34,790 nt of DNA from contig NKIB01000152.1 in assembly GCA_002256025.1 (NCBI GenBank), forward strand, positions 1 to 34,790. Direction: 5' to 3'. Positions 1-10,715 of the stretch are shown in pieces (the first letter of the stretch is position 1; every line of letters begins with the position of its first letter). Below the pieces are notes generated by a model. It made no database searches. It was not told the DNA's origin and saw nothing but the letters and a program-made list of their open reading frames with translations. Source of the DNA: Asterionella formosa. Taxonomy: Eukaryota. The translations under genes were made by a program, and so were the position numbers.

Positions 1-31
1 TTTTTTGTTTTTTTTTATTTTTTTTTTGTTT

Positions 32-87
<56 letters not shown>

Positions 88-88
88 G
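1..88. repeat. poly-T tract grading into (TTG)n microsatellite
   Basis: T-rich 1-31, then uninterrupted TTG repeats from ~32 to 88. Confidence 0.95.
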
Positions 89-688
89 ATCTTATTTGCT
101 CATTTGAATAGTCGTTGACCATGATGTATAATTAGAAATGATTTCTATGTTTCTATAACTACGCAATCTTACCATTTCCTCTTGTCAGAATTTTTGCTTT
201 CACTTCCTCCCCTTCCCATCTAATCAAATTCTTAATGTCCCCCCCCCCTCCCCACCTTCCATTAACGCCGATTCTGAGTCCGCATGGTGTTTTTTTCCAT
301 TTGTAAATCAGTTTCATTGTACTTATCTTACTAGCAGGGAGAAGCAATTGTTAGTCATTTTATGCACACACCACAACATGCAGTTTCATTCTATACTCTT
401 CATTTACAACAAATCCAAGGAAACTGATGCAAATTTCTATCACAAAATGTATCATTTGATCATCGCGCAATTATCGATCAATAAATAGTTCCAACGCTGT
501 CGTTGATAACTTTAACAAATTATCAATCAAATCTTAGAGTAAGTTAAAGTTATCCAATAATCGCACTTATGCCTAAATAAATGGACACAATTAGTACCAG
601 TTTTATTCATCTGTATGGTAAAACAGGACTTGTCTCCTTGTCAACCACAAACCCCAGAACCCTAGGGACGACATCAAAGAACGACAGA

Positions 689-752
689 TGGAGAATGCAG
701 GAATCGAACTCGCCAACTCATGAGTTGTGCTAACCACTAAGCCATTGTTCCT
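689..752 (-). pseudogene. degenerate tRNA-like sequence (tRNA pseudogene or tRNA-derived SINE head)
   Basis: Minus strand reads ..AATGGCTTAGTGGTTAGCACAACTCATGAGTTGGCGAGTTCGATTCCTGCATTCTCCA. It has an A-box (TGGCTTAGTGG) and a T-arm/B-box (GCGAGTTCGATTCCTGC) and ends in CCA. The anticodon/variable region is collapsed into the palindrome CAACTCATGAGTTG and the acceptor stem is imperfect. Confidence 0.55.
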
Positions 753-1001
753 CGCTGTCGTTTATATCTTACAAATACGTTTTTACCATTATCCTGAAAG
801 AAACAAACAACATTTGTCAGTGATGTTCTAAGAACAGTTGTGATCCAATAATAGCACTTACCAATTTTTCCCACTTTGGTGTTTTGCTTCCTACTAAATC
901 CAAAATAAGCTATTGAATCACTTGAAAACGATGTAATCATTTAGCCTTTGTCAACCCAATGAATGATCATCCTGGCATTATCCCTTGATGTACCAATTGC
1001 C

Positions 1002-1339
1002 ATATTCTGTTCACTTTTCCATAGTCAATCATACATAGGCACAAGTTCTACCATAGCATATGAAATAGTCTAAAATGCTACTAAGATTGGCTACTGACAA
1101 ATGAAAGAAATCATTCTCAATCGATCCCTCGCTAATGATTTCCTTTCTCTTGACTGCAGTGACAAAAAGAAATTCATTTATTTGTAAGCAATGCAAAAAA
1201 GTTAGAATTCCTTTACCACCAAAATTAGTTGCCCATTTTAGTCGCATCTAGTTTGAAGCACAACATGTTGCATGTGTAGCTATATTCTGTTCACTTTTCC
1301 ATAATTGATCATACATAGTTGGAAGGTCTACCATAGCAT
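1002..1339 (+). repeat. diverged ~60-bp direct repeat (1002-1059 and 1282-1339)
   Basis: ATATTCTGTTCACTTTTCCATA..ATCATACATAG....TCTACCATAGCAT occurs twice, 280 bp apart. Confidence 0.8.
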
Positions 1340-1543
1340 TGTATCCTCACATTCTGTCATACACCTTTATTGGTATGTTCGGAGCTATAACCTGACCCAG
1401 AGTTTGTATAATTCGGTTAAATGACATTATTGGGATAAATATTTAAAATGTAACCTGGCAATCTATCGAATAAAGTCAATTAACATTAATGGAAATGACC
1501 TTTGAAATGAGGGTACATCATGTTTCACTATAATAGGTATGCG

Positions 1544-1613
1544 CAGGGAATTGCTTAGTGGTTGAGCACGTTGCCTTTGATCAGAGGTTGCGAGTTCGAT
1601 TCCCGCAATTTCG
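1544..1613 (+). pseudogene. degenerate tRNA-like sequence (tRNA pseudogene or SINE head)
   Basis: TTGCTTAGTGGTTGAGCA forms a D-arm (GCTT/GAGC pairs) and GCGAGTTCGATTCCCGC a T-arm/B-box, at tRNA-like spacing. Acceptor and anticodon stems do not pair well. Confidence 0.55.
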
Positions 1614-2265
1614 AGGAGAAGCAATTGTTGGGTTTGACTTTCACACTCCTTACTGTCCTGCACAGCCTTGTCTGGTGTACAAAAATAGTGGGTTGCCCCC
1701 CTAAAAGTAGCTTGTACCACCTTCCTACCTGCTGGTCGGAGTTTCCCCTAATAATCCAGCTAAGATGATCACCTTTCATGAAGGTGGTTGGGGACTCACC
1801 TACGCTAACAAAACAAGGGAAGCACAGGTCTTGTTGGCAGGTAGCACAATGAAAAACTTGTCTATAAATAGGGGAGCACAAATGGGCTATATAACATAAT
1901 TTCCTTTTTATTATAGATATGCCCATGTTGCTAATAATTCAATAAACATGCATTGGGGGAAAATCTGGTAGGCTACTCAATTGGAAGTCCTGCTTTGATG
2001 TCCTGGAATAAAACCTCAAATGGCTTTACACAGATAGGCTATTTGGATGCATAGACTAGTATAGTGCCTAGTAAACATGGGAATATCTTAATGGCGACCT
2101 GTACAAGTATCCCGCAATGAAAAGGTGGACAAGTAGAATGATACAGATTCCAATTTTTATCGGAGCAAGTAGTGCATACACGAGAATGGCATAGAGCAAA
2201 GGAATTGCAATGAAAAAACTGATAGTACAGGAGGTATTGAAATCTTATGGCTGCTGCTAGACTTG

Positions 2266-2676
2266 TCATAGGCCTTTCACTATGCCATTCAGAACATAAA
2301 ACATCCTTTGTCGTTCATATGCAACTTCGTCCGTCGCTCCTCTCGCTACCAGTTGTTGGTAGAGATCTCCTTGCAGGATTCTTGGGTCTCGTTGCGATGA
2401 TGGTGGCGCGGATGGAGGGCGGATGTGTCGTCGAGCCATCATTGTTGAGACATAAGGCCGTCCTCTAGATTCATTCATCTGTTCAAAAGATCTGGTCGAT
2501 GACATACTGGATCCTTGAGACATGGTGGTATCTGAGGAGCTGGCAGCATTGAAGGAGGGTTCTGATGGAAACGGAAACTGTTGATTCTGGAAGGAAGCTT
2601 GTGAATGAGACTGATTGCTGGATCGATAAAGTTCGCCAAATGAGCCATTGGAATTAAAATTGGTTGAATTCGACAT
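2266..2676 (-). CDS. small Ser-rich hypothetical protein, copy 1 (136 aa)
   Basis: ATG-started ORF preserved in both duplicate units. The two coding substitutions in the shared core (2344/3811, 2350/3817) are synonymous in this frame. No recognisable domain. Confidence 0.5.
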   Translation of the reverse strand: MSNSTNFNSNGSFGELYRSSNQSHSQASFQNQQFPFPSEPSFNAASSSDTTMSQGSSMSSTRSFEQMNESRGRPYVSTMMARRHIRPPSAPPSSQRDPRILQGDLYQQLVARGATDEVAYERQRMFYVLNGIVKGL

Positions 2677-3732
2677 TAATAATGTTTGGACGGTCGATTT
2701 AGGGGAAGAGCTTTGATCAGAGACGAGTGGCGATTGCAGAATATTCGCGCATCAACTGTACTTTTTGAAAATGACAATTTGTGATTGGTGATGATCGTGA
2801 AAATAGCGAGGGTCCGTTGCTTCGAAAAGACAAAATGAAATTGGAAAACCTGTACAAATCTTAGGTAAAATCCAGTTTTCATCAGTACCCGTACATTTCA
2901 TTTTACAGGCATGCCAGCCCAGGTCATAAAGAGTTCGCTGGGACATTTTGTCACTTTTTCTGGCATCTCGACAATGACCCCGGATTCACATGCCGTGGCA
3001 GGCTTTGTTGTTCTATGTTGTAATGCTGGTATGTCCATGAATGGAATTGATAGTAGAAGCGTCGATTCTTTGAGAACAGATGACAACATGATCCCACTTC
3101 GTATATGGCGGGAAAATATCAAATTTGGTTCGAGAACGTGATTCCCGATGTTCGGCAATTGTACTCTCAAGCCCAACTTTAAATGCGATGATTTCAACCC
3201 AGTTGTATCGCTTGCCGCAGTCCTGGAGCTAATATGGGTGGCATTTTGAACATAAAAATGAAGCTGTAAAACCGTCATGTTGGTACCAGGTATCCTGGTG
3301 CCGCATGCGTCACTACCTATGATGCCAAGTGTCAACCAAGGTACCGGTATGCACATGTTGCTTATAATTCAATAAACATGCATAGGGGAAAAGTATTGTT
3401 ATGACTGCTTTGATATCCTGGAATAAAACCATTACCGGTAATGGCTGTACACAGATCTGCAAACAGGAGGCATAGACTACCGGTAGGATAGTGCCAAGTA
3501 AATTTGGGTGGTCGAGATTACTGAATGGCCCTAGCAAGGTAGCTATAATCTCTCACAATGACGATCTAAACACCTATCCCGCAATGAAATGGGGGACTAG
3601 TAGAATAATACAGATTCCAATTTTTATAGGAGCAAGTAGTGCATACACGAGAATGGCATAGAGCAAAGGAATTGCAATGAAAAAACTGATAGTACAGGAG
3701 GTATTGAAATCTTATGGCTGCTGCTAGACTTG

Positions 3733-4149
3733 TCATAGGCCTTTCACTATGCCATTCAGAACATAAAACATCCTTTGTCGTTCATATGCAACTTCGTCCG
3801 TCGCTCCTCTTGCTACTAGTTGTTGGTAGAGATCTCCTTGCAGGATTCTTGGGTCTCGTTGCGATGATGGTGGCGCGGATGGAGGGCGGATGTGTCGTCG
3901 AGCCATCATTGTTGAGACATAAGGCCGTCCTCTAGATTCATTCATCTGTTCAAAAGATCTGGTCGATGACATACTGGATCCTTGAGACATGGTGGTATCT
4001 GAGGAGCTGGCAGCATTGAAGGAGGGTTCTGATGGAAACGGAACTGTCGATTTTGGAAGGAAGTTTGTAAATGAGACTGCTTTGCTCGATCGATTAAGTT
4101 CGCAAAGTGAGCCATAAGAGTTGAAACAAGTTGAATTCGGCATAGTCAT
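3733..4149 (-). CDS. small Ser-rich hypothetical protein, copy 2 (138 aa; ATG at 4143 aligns with the copy-1 start)
   Basis: Paralog of 2266-2676. The C-terminal ~100 aa are identical; the N-terminus is diverged and has a compensated +1/-1 frameshift. Confidence 0.45.
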   Translation of the reverse strand: MTMPNSTCFNSYGSLCELNRSSKAVSFTNFLPKSTVPFPSEPSFNAASSSDTTMSQGSSMSSTRSFEQMNESRGRPYVSTMMARRHIRPPSAPPSSQRDPRILQGDLYQQLVARGATDEVAYERQRMFYVLNGIVKGL

Positions 4150-5020
4150 GATGATGTTTGGGCGGTCGGTTTAGGGGAAGAGCTTTGATCAGAGACGAGT
4201 GGGGATTTTGAAATATTTGCTTAAATTTGCAATTTGTGATGTGTGCATGGGAATATTCAATGATTTTAATCCGAGTGCCACACTGAAGGTAGCCGGGCAT
4301 TTTAGCTCACCACGCAAAGGGATCATCGCTGGTACATTTTGTCATCTTGTCTCGCTTCTCCACGTCGCAATGACCCCAGATTCACATGATGTCACTGGGT
4401 TTATTGTTGATTGCAATACCGGTTTATGATGGAATTAATTTCTGGAAGCGTCGGTTCTTAGAGAACAACGGACAGATACAATCCCACTTGGTATGTCATA
4501 GGGAAAATATCAATTTCTGTTTGAAGAACTCGGATATGTTTGGTGGGTCATAACAACAGTACTCCATGATTTCAACCAATGATTACCGGAGGATGCACCA
4601 GCCATAATGTCATAGTAGCCGCAGTGGAGCATAAATAGCTTTATGTGATGGCATCATGTGCATAAAAATGACGAAGCGAAAATAAGGCTGGTATTGGGCG
4701 CTTCGAACTACCGGTAGGTGGTTCCGAGTATGTACCAGGTACCACTTAAATTATTTTAGATCACTACCAGGTACCAGTATACCCGGTATGCATTTTCATA
4801 GCAATGATGAATCCTCTCGTTTCTTTTTATATGCCTCGATGCATCTCACCAATTTGATATTTAAAATAGAGAACCCGGAAAATTCGATAATCTCATGACA
4901 CAAACAACAACAAACAAATGTTTCATATCGAATCAAATCGAAACAAAGAAAACAAATCACTCGCTCATCTCCTCTCAGCTCGTCCTTGAATGGAGAGGAG
5001 GAGGAGTATGCAATAGAAGT

Positions 5021-5284
5021 ATCGACCTTCCATGCCAGTAGAAGGGGAGAAGGAACGAATCGATGTGTTGGCATATGTTGAAATGGAAAATGACGACACT
5101 GGCAACTTGGAATCTCCTTCACAGTTCCATTTCAGTCAAGTGGGATACCAAGATCGATCTTCCATGCCAGTAGAAGGGGAGAAGGAACGAAGCGATGTGT
5201 TGGCATATGTTGAAATGGAAAATGACGACAATGGCGACCTGGAGTTTCCTTCACAGTTCCATTTCAGTCAAGTGGGACACCAAG
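5021..5284 (+). repeat. 132-bp tandem duplication spanning the start codon (5021-5152, 5153-5284)
   Basis: Two units with 8 substitutions by eye; each contains TTCCATGCCAGTAGAAGGGGAGAAGG. Confidence 0.95.
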
Positions 5285-6135
5285 AAGAAGATCACGCTTG
5301 GAGTGTCCTTTCAAATTCATTCTTTCTTGCGGGATCGTCTTCATATCTGATTCTTTCGCTTTGGGATTTATATGCGCCGTCGCCAACTGGGATGGCATTG
5401 GCTTGCTACAAATTTGTCACAGCCTTTGGTGCACTCATTTACCTATTTGACAGCATGATCGATATTACTTGGGCACGAGTTGTGCAAGATCGTCAGCACG
5501 TGCAACGATATCGGCAGAAAATTATGATGGAGGCCATTCATATAGATGACCCAGAGAATATACCATCTACCAAGAAGAAGGCAACATTCTTCCGTCGCGT
5601 TAGAAAACATGCTGGACATCGACGTGCACTCTTGTCGGCACTATTTTTTGGCATTGCGTCATTTTTGGCAGTCATCAACTGGTCTGTGGATAACTTCGCC
5701 ATAGTATCAGGGATTCCGTGGATTCCCTTGTCTGTACATGCCTACCTATTGAGTGCAATCTTTGCTGTTACTGGGACTCGCAGTCGCCCATGGTGTGCAG
5801 CTTTTTCGTTTGGTGACGCAGACACCTTGGAGGATATGGGAGATATTTTTTTCATGGTGGGGAGTATAGTAGATATGTTGTTGTGTGATTTCCCCTTGGA
5901 TGAGGATTATGCATACTATGGATGGGCAGCTGTGATATCTGCTGTGCTTTGGTGCTTGGATGCTTGCTTGTATTTGTCGAGTGATTTCGTTTTCAAGGAA
6001 GCATTGAGGAAAGAGAAAATGGAATTTTTGAAGCAACTAGATGGCGATGAGTATTCTGTTACAACAGAAGGAGGCTCAAAGATTGTTGATTCACGTTGCT
6101 GGAAAAGAAAACACCAATGTAAAACAGACGCATAA
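5032..6135 (+). CDS. polytopic membrane protein (about 6 TM helices, possibly YrhK-like) with duplicated 44-aa acidic N-terminus
   Basis: 367-aa ORF with hydrophobic segments (NSFFLAGSSSYLILSLW, ALLSALFFGIASFLAVINW, GDIFFMVGSIVDMLL, WAAVISAVLWCLDACLYL). The family assignment is only a resemblance. Confidence 0.8.
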   Translation: MPVEGEKERIDVLAYVEMENDDTGNLESPSQFHFSQVGYQDRSSMPVEGEKERSDVLAYVEMENDDNGDLEFPSQFHFSQVGHQEEDHAWSVLSNSFFLAGSSSYLILSLWDLYAPSPTGMALACYKFVTAFGALIYLFDSMIDITWARVVQDRQHVQRYRQKIMMEAIHIDDPENIPSTKKKATFFRRVRKHAGHRRALLSALFFGIASFLAVINWSVDNFAIVSGIPWIPLSVHAYLLSAIFAVTGTRSRPWCAAFSFGDADTLEDMGDIFFMVGSIVDMLLCDFPLDEDYAYYGWAAVISAVLWCLDACLYLSSDFVFKEALRKEKMEFLKQLDGDEYSVTTEGGSKIVDSRCWKRKHQCKTDA

Positions 6136-6338
6136 AGTTTCAAATTTATTTATTAGATGATACTGCTATATATTTGCACTGACATGGACTCGGAGTTGAT
6201 TTCTTAACTGGTATGCATAGAACTCCTTTGATACTGCATTTGCGCTGGTGCATGCGGCGTGTTTCTTCTACACAAGGGCAAGGAAGGAAAGCAACGTGCG
6301 ACTTTTCAAGTTCAAGAAAACGATGATCTGATCGCCAT

Positions 6339-7997
6339 CTAGGACAACTCTACCACTGGTGATTCAGCCTGCCAAAGATCATGCAAAAATTGGAACAATG
6401 TATTGGAGACCGAAACCTTGTATGGAGTTGGATTGATGTAGCGTAAAATATCAGGTCTCATGAGCTTCAATTGATCTGCCACATAGTCTTTTGTCTCTTG
6501 CAATGTAGGGAGATCAATCATTACTTTCCCCTTGGCGAAAACAACATGATGCAAAGGCACGATCTTCGACGCTGTCACTGCGGCTCGTTTACGCTCTATA
6601 AAAGGGTGTCGACAGAGCACACGTTCTCCAGCAACAGGGGCTGCTTCTCCATGGGATATGAGCACATCCAAGAGGGGCATTCCATTAGCACCATACAGTC
6701 GATATGGATGCTTCTCTCCTGGGATCAACACCTTTTCAATATCCTCGGATAGCTTGATCCGAGGTTGGCCTGATATTTCCACTAATTTGTAGACACATCC
6801 CAAAGCTGGTTGTGCTTGGCAAGTGACAAGATTGGTACCAATCCCAAATACTGTTACACCATGACCCTGTTTGTTCAATGACTGCAATACCTCTTCGTTG
6901 ATATCATTGCTGGCCACAATTTGTAGATCAGCAAAAGAGGGACGTTCCTTAGCAATCTCGTGAAACTTCTTTGCACATTCTAGAGAAAGGTAGGCCAAGT
7001 CTCCACTGTCCAACCGTATACCATTAGATGGATATCCCAAATCATCCAAAGCCATGGCAACAAGGCAGAAATTGAGCAATCCTGAGGATAAGGTATCGTA
7101 TGTGTCAATCAAGCAAAGGAACGAATGAGGAAATGCACATGCATAGGCAATAAATGCAGCAAGCTCGCCATCATTGGTGGACAAATACATGTCACCAAGT
7201 GTTTCCCGATATTTCAATACCAAGGGTAACAACAAAACATCCTTGTTGTCGACAACAATTGCCAACTTTTCAACTTCGTTGAATGATAAAAAGGCTTGAA
7301 CAAAAGAATGGGCATGAGTCCCAGACACATTTAAACCTAAGAGCTTTCCAGCTTGTACATTCGATGTTGCTACGAACCCACCCACACTGGCATATTTGCT
7401 AGCAGAAAAGCCCCCATCGGGTCCCTGTGCACGACGTAGACCGAATTCCACACATTTTGGGATTTGTAAGCACTGTTTCGGAATATTCGTCGGTACAGTC
7501 GTCGGCATTGGTCTATCTCTCGCAGCCACTACCATACGAGCTGCATTTGTAGCAATCAATGAGGGGAAATTGATGAGCGTAAGTAGAGTCGTTTCCAATA
7601 GTTGACCAAGACCCAAAGGAGCCTTGATGACCAAGAGTGGAATTCTAGGAAATGCCAAGGTCCCCTCCTTCATGGCCTCCACTGTAACGTCCGAGCAGTC
7701 CAAGTTGAGTAAATACTCCCAGAAGCCCGCATCGCATCTCTCCAAGGCAGGCACATGTTTCAAGTATTCGATGTCGTCCACTGTGAATTTGAAATTATCA
7801 ACATGACGCAAGACTTCGTCGAGGCCACAAAAGACAGTATATTCTCCGCGAAAGGGGTTCTTACGAAAGAACAGTTCAAAAATGGCTGGATCGTCGTGTC
7901 TAGCACTCTTCCAATAGGCATATGCCATGGTAATTTGATACAGATCCGTCAAGAGTGCTGTTACCAGTGTGTTGGTAGGACGAGGAAGTGTTGACAT
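6339..7997 (-). CDS. NAPRT: nicotinate phosphoribosyltransferase (Preiss-Handler NAD salvage), eukaryotic type, 552 aa
   Basis: Motifs LLTDLYQITM, FFRKNPFRGEY, EFGLRRAQG, GTHAHSF (phospho-His), LIDTYD, GIRLDSGDL, IVASNDINE, FGIGTNLVT and LGCVYKLV. The first ATG is at 7997; the ORF-track start at 8099 is a TTG. Confidence 0.96.
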   Translation of the reverse strand: MSTLPRPTNTLVTALLTDLYQITMAYAYWKSARHDDPAIFELFFRKNPFRGEYTVFCGLDEVLRHVDNFKFTVDDIEYLKHVPALERCDAGFWEYLLNLDCSDVTVEAMKEGTLAFPRIPLLVIKAPLGLGQLLETTLLTLINFPSLIATNAARMVVAARDRPMPTTVPTNIPKQCLQIPKCVEFGLRRAQGPDGGFSASKYASVGGFVATSNVQAGKLLGLNVSGTHAHSFVQAFLSFNEVEKLAIVVDNKDVLLLPLVLKYRETLGDMYLSTNDGELAAFIAYACAFPHSFLCLIDTYDTLSSGLLNFCLVAMALDDLGYPSNGIRLDSGDLAYLSLECAKKFHEIAKERPSFADLQIVASNDINEEVLQSLNKQGHGVTVFGIGTNLVTCQAQPALGCVYKLVEISGQPRIKLSEDIEKVLIPGEKHPYRLYGANGMPLLDVLISHGEAAPVAGERVLCRHPFIERKRAAVTASKIVPLHHVVFAKGKVMIDLPTLQETKDYVADQLKLMRPDILRYINPTPYKVSVSNTLFQFLHDLWQAESPVVELS

Positions 7998-9710
7998 GAT
8001 GGAGCTACCCGAGCGGTATATTTGGATGCAGTATATGGCACCTACTGGTGTGTTCTTATAGGAATAGGATGTGTGATATGATTTGTGACGTGTATCCAAA
8101 ACAAGGTTGACACTCCCTTCCTTTGTTGCTTTTCTTTTGTTTATAGCTGGAGCACAATATGCAATAAGCCCAGTTCAGCTCGACTTCTTTTCGGAAGTTG
8201 TAATGGAAGATACGAGGTAGGTGTGGGGGGTAAATTGTGAAGCTGTATGCGATTTCATATGCATGCTTCAAGAAGACGAATCTCGGTTTGTGTGAACTTC
8301 TCGAAGCGGGTGTAAACGACTTCCGGAAACAAATACGACATGTTCTTGATTTTTTTGGTAATCATCATAGATCTTTGCAGGATGTCATGATCGAGTGAAT
8401 GAATATTCGGGTATGAATATGTATATGCTATATAGAGTGAAATACAGGTAGGAACAAAAAGAGTGCTGTACATATACCGGTACCAGTACTTGTACGAGTG
8501 TCCCGGCTTATAATATGGAGCACATCCTTCTTATACTGATCGTCTACCAGCAGTATGTACATTCTACTACATGCTGTTCAGATGTATACAAAAACTGTTC
8601 ATTCATGACTTAAGTAATGATTCATTACATTAAATGGATGTGGCTGGTTGTTGGATGGTTTGACTTCTGATGAGATTCAAGTCATTGCATCTTACTTGCT
8701 TTGTTGCAGTGGTGCCAAAATTTCGATTCCCCTTTCTGTTGAATTCCATGAGCCTTTCTGGTCACCTGCTTCAGTAGATTTAACGATTTAACAGAAAATT
8801 ATTATATCAATAGCAACCTTGATCAGTCATTTGCTATCAAGGCTCAAAACATTGTTACAGTAGGTTTAGTTAGGCTTCCATTGTGACTGAACAGCATTTT
8901 TGTCAGATATGATCAACCATTAAATGTCAAATTAATACATTAGTATGTTTTCTACGTGTCCTACTAGTACATAATCTCAAATCAGATCTTGGCAGCAAGT
9001 TTCAGTGCTCATTTGTTGGCTTTTTCTGCTGCTCTAAAAAACATTGTTTCTGTAGGTTGCTTATCTAATCACAATTATTGTTTTGCTATATTTTGTCATG
9101 GCTAAATCGATAATGACAACGAAAAGTTGCCTATAGAAATGAGCTATATCATACTCAGCAATGCAGAAGGAACATCATGAGAATCGGTGTTCTGCATTTA
9201 CTTATATTTCGCAAGCAAGAAAAGAGTGGTACATAGTAGTTATTGCTTGTCATGGTTGAGTTGTTCCCGCCATGGTTGATCATACTTATTATACTTTGCT
9301 GACTGCACCAAGTGAATAACTAGAAATGATGTTGTTGTGTTGCTGTTGTTTTTAAAAGTTATCTAGACACCCAGCATAGTTTTCATTGAAAAGCAAGATG
9401 ATAGCTAGGATGCTGCTGGGGATTGCTTACCTAATTTTTGTGTCATTTGATGATCATTGCTGACAGAGTAAGCAATAATTTCATTTGATCTACCAGTAAT
9501 CATAAACAAAACTGGTTTAGAATTGATTTTCTTCATGTAAATCTCATTCAACAACAGCACTCCTGTTTGCTGCCAGCTCCTTTTTTGACTGTTGACATGG
9601 CTGCTGACTAGAATTTATCTAGCACCTTCTTGGTACACAAAGTGCAATCAACCATTGCTCTGTCTGGTGACTTGTTGCTGTTGCCCAAAAAGTCCCAAGT
9701 TCACTCTACT

Positions 9711-9800
9711 GCAAGTTGCGGTCATTTTGCTGAACCTAACATTTTAATCTGGGATGAAGGAAGCTAAATCTTTAGTTGCAGCAAAATTACCGCAACTTGC
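9711..9800. repeat. short palindromic (MITE-like) element
   Basis: GCAAGTTGCGGTCATTTTGCTG ... CAGCAAAATTACCGCAACTTGC: 22-bp arms with one mismatch. Related to 19950-20085. Confidence 0.8.
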
Positions 9801-10715
9801 TAGTATGGTTAATAACCGACGACGGACGGACGTTCGTACAGCTACGAATGTTAATCAAGATTGGAGCTGTGTACTGGCAGTGTAGTACGTGGTAGTACCA
9901 GAAGAAGGTCCTGTAATCGAGATATTTAGCCTTGCTAGTATGCAGAATTTGCCTACATAGGGCAGTTCCAGCAACGATCCATACATACAGCATGAAGCAG
10001 ATGTGATCATAATCCGCAGCCGCAGTGTGGTCACTATGATACGAACCACCCAGTGAAAAAGCAATGATGGATAACCCCGACGATGCCGATCATGCATCGC
10101 TCAGCCACACAAGCTGCCAGCGCATACTATGAGACATTATTTGTTCCACGTGGCGACATTGATTGTCGTCGTCGCACACCGCTGCCCAGCTGAAATTCTT
10201 TTCTTCGTTCTGTTTCTTCGTCTTCTTCTACCGGTATTCTTTCGCTCATGACGACGACGCTTGTACCGGTAGTCGTCGTTTGGGTGCTGGTTTTTGGTTG
10301 GCTGGGGTCGATAAGCAAATTCTCTATGTATGAATTTTTATCTACTACTGTATTATCTTTATATAATAGGAAATCATAATAGCTACCGGTACTGGTCTGT
10401 AGCCACAGCTCCCCGTAGTTATGTTGGCAGTAATTAACAAGCCAAGAAGCAAGCCACGACAGGAAAACTACCAGTATCGGTATTACCTCGTTGTACCAAG
10501 TAGTACATGATTGAGGAGAGCGAGCACCTGGTACCAGGTACCGTAGTGATGGCGCTGATGATTCAATCCTCCATCCTTCTGGTTTTCGTTTTCATTTACA
10601 TATTGTTCTGTTCTGATTGTGCTTGATGCTCTTTGTTCATCTATTCTTCTCATTATCATTATTATTCAACCACAACTGACAAGCGATCAAAACTTGGTTC
10701 CTCACATAACATACC

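Larger units (their letters stand above)
1921..4678. repeat. tandem segmental duplication, units ~1921-3265 and ~3351-4678
   Basis: Both units start GC(C/A)CATGTTGCT(A/T)ATAATTCAATAAACATGCAT and end ..CATAAAAATGA.. The core 2141-2576 vs 3608-4043 (offset 1467) is almost identical; the flanks align only in blocks. Confidence 0.93.

Noticed and set aside
505..554. 12-bp inverted repeat GATAACTTTAAC / GTTAAAGTTATC
   Set aside because: Short, AT-rich and isolated; no further element structure is visible.
689..1613. Calling the two tRNA-like sequences functional tRNAs
   Set aside because: Acceptor and anticodon stems do not form and no anticodon can be assigned.
2247..2468. Plus-strand 73-aa ORF MAAARLVIG.. 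(and its copy at 3714-3935)
   Set aside because: Antisense shadow of the duplicated minus ORF; the substitutions between copies are non-synonymous here and synonymous on the minus strand.
2898..3356. 152-aa minus ORF and 76-aa plus ORF in the upstream part of duplication unit A
   Set aside because: The frames are not preserved in unit B (4200-4670) despite DNA similarity; probably non-coding.
7998..8099. N-terminal extension of NAPRT given by the ORF track
   Set aside because: It begins at TTG; in a eukaryote the ATG at 7997, just before the conserved LLTDLYQ, is the plausible start.
8560..9700. CpG-poor stretch with a faint ~190-bp-spaced repeat (AAAACATTGTT..GTAGGTT at ~8846 and ~9038)
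   Set aside because: Probably an old TE relic, but no recognisable protein motif or termini.
9787..10318. CpG-rich minus-strand short ORFs (MSERIPVEEDEE..)
   Set aside because: They stop early, do not join by obvious introns and have no motif; cannot support a gene call.
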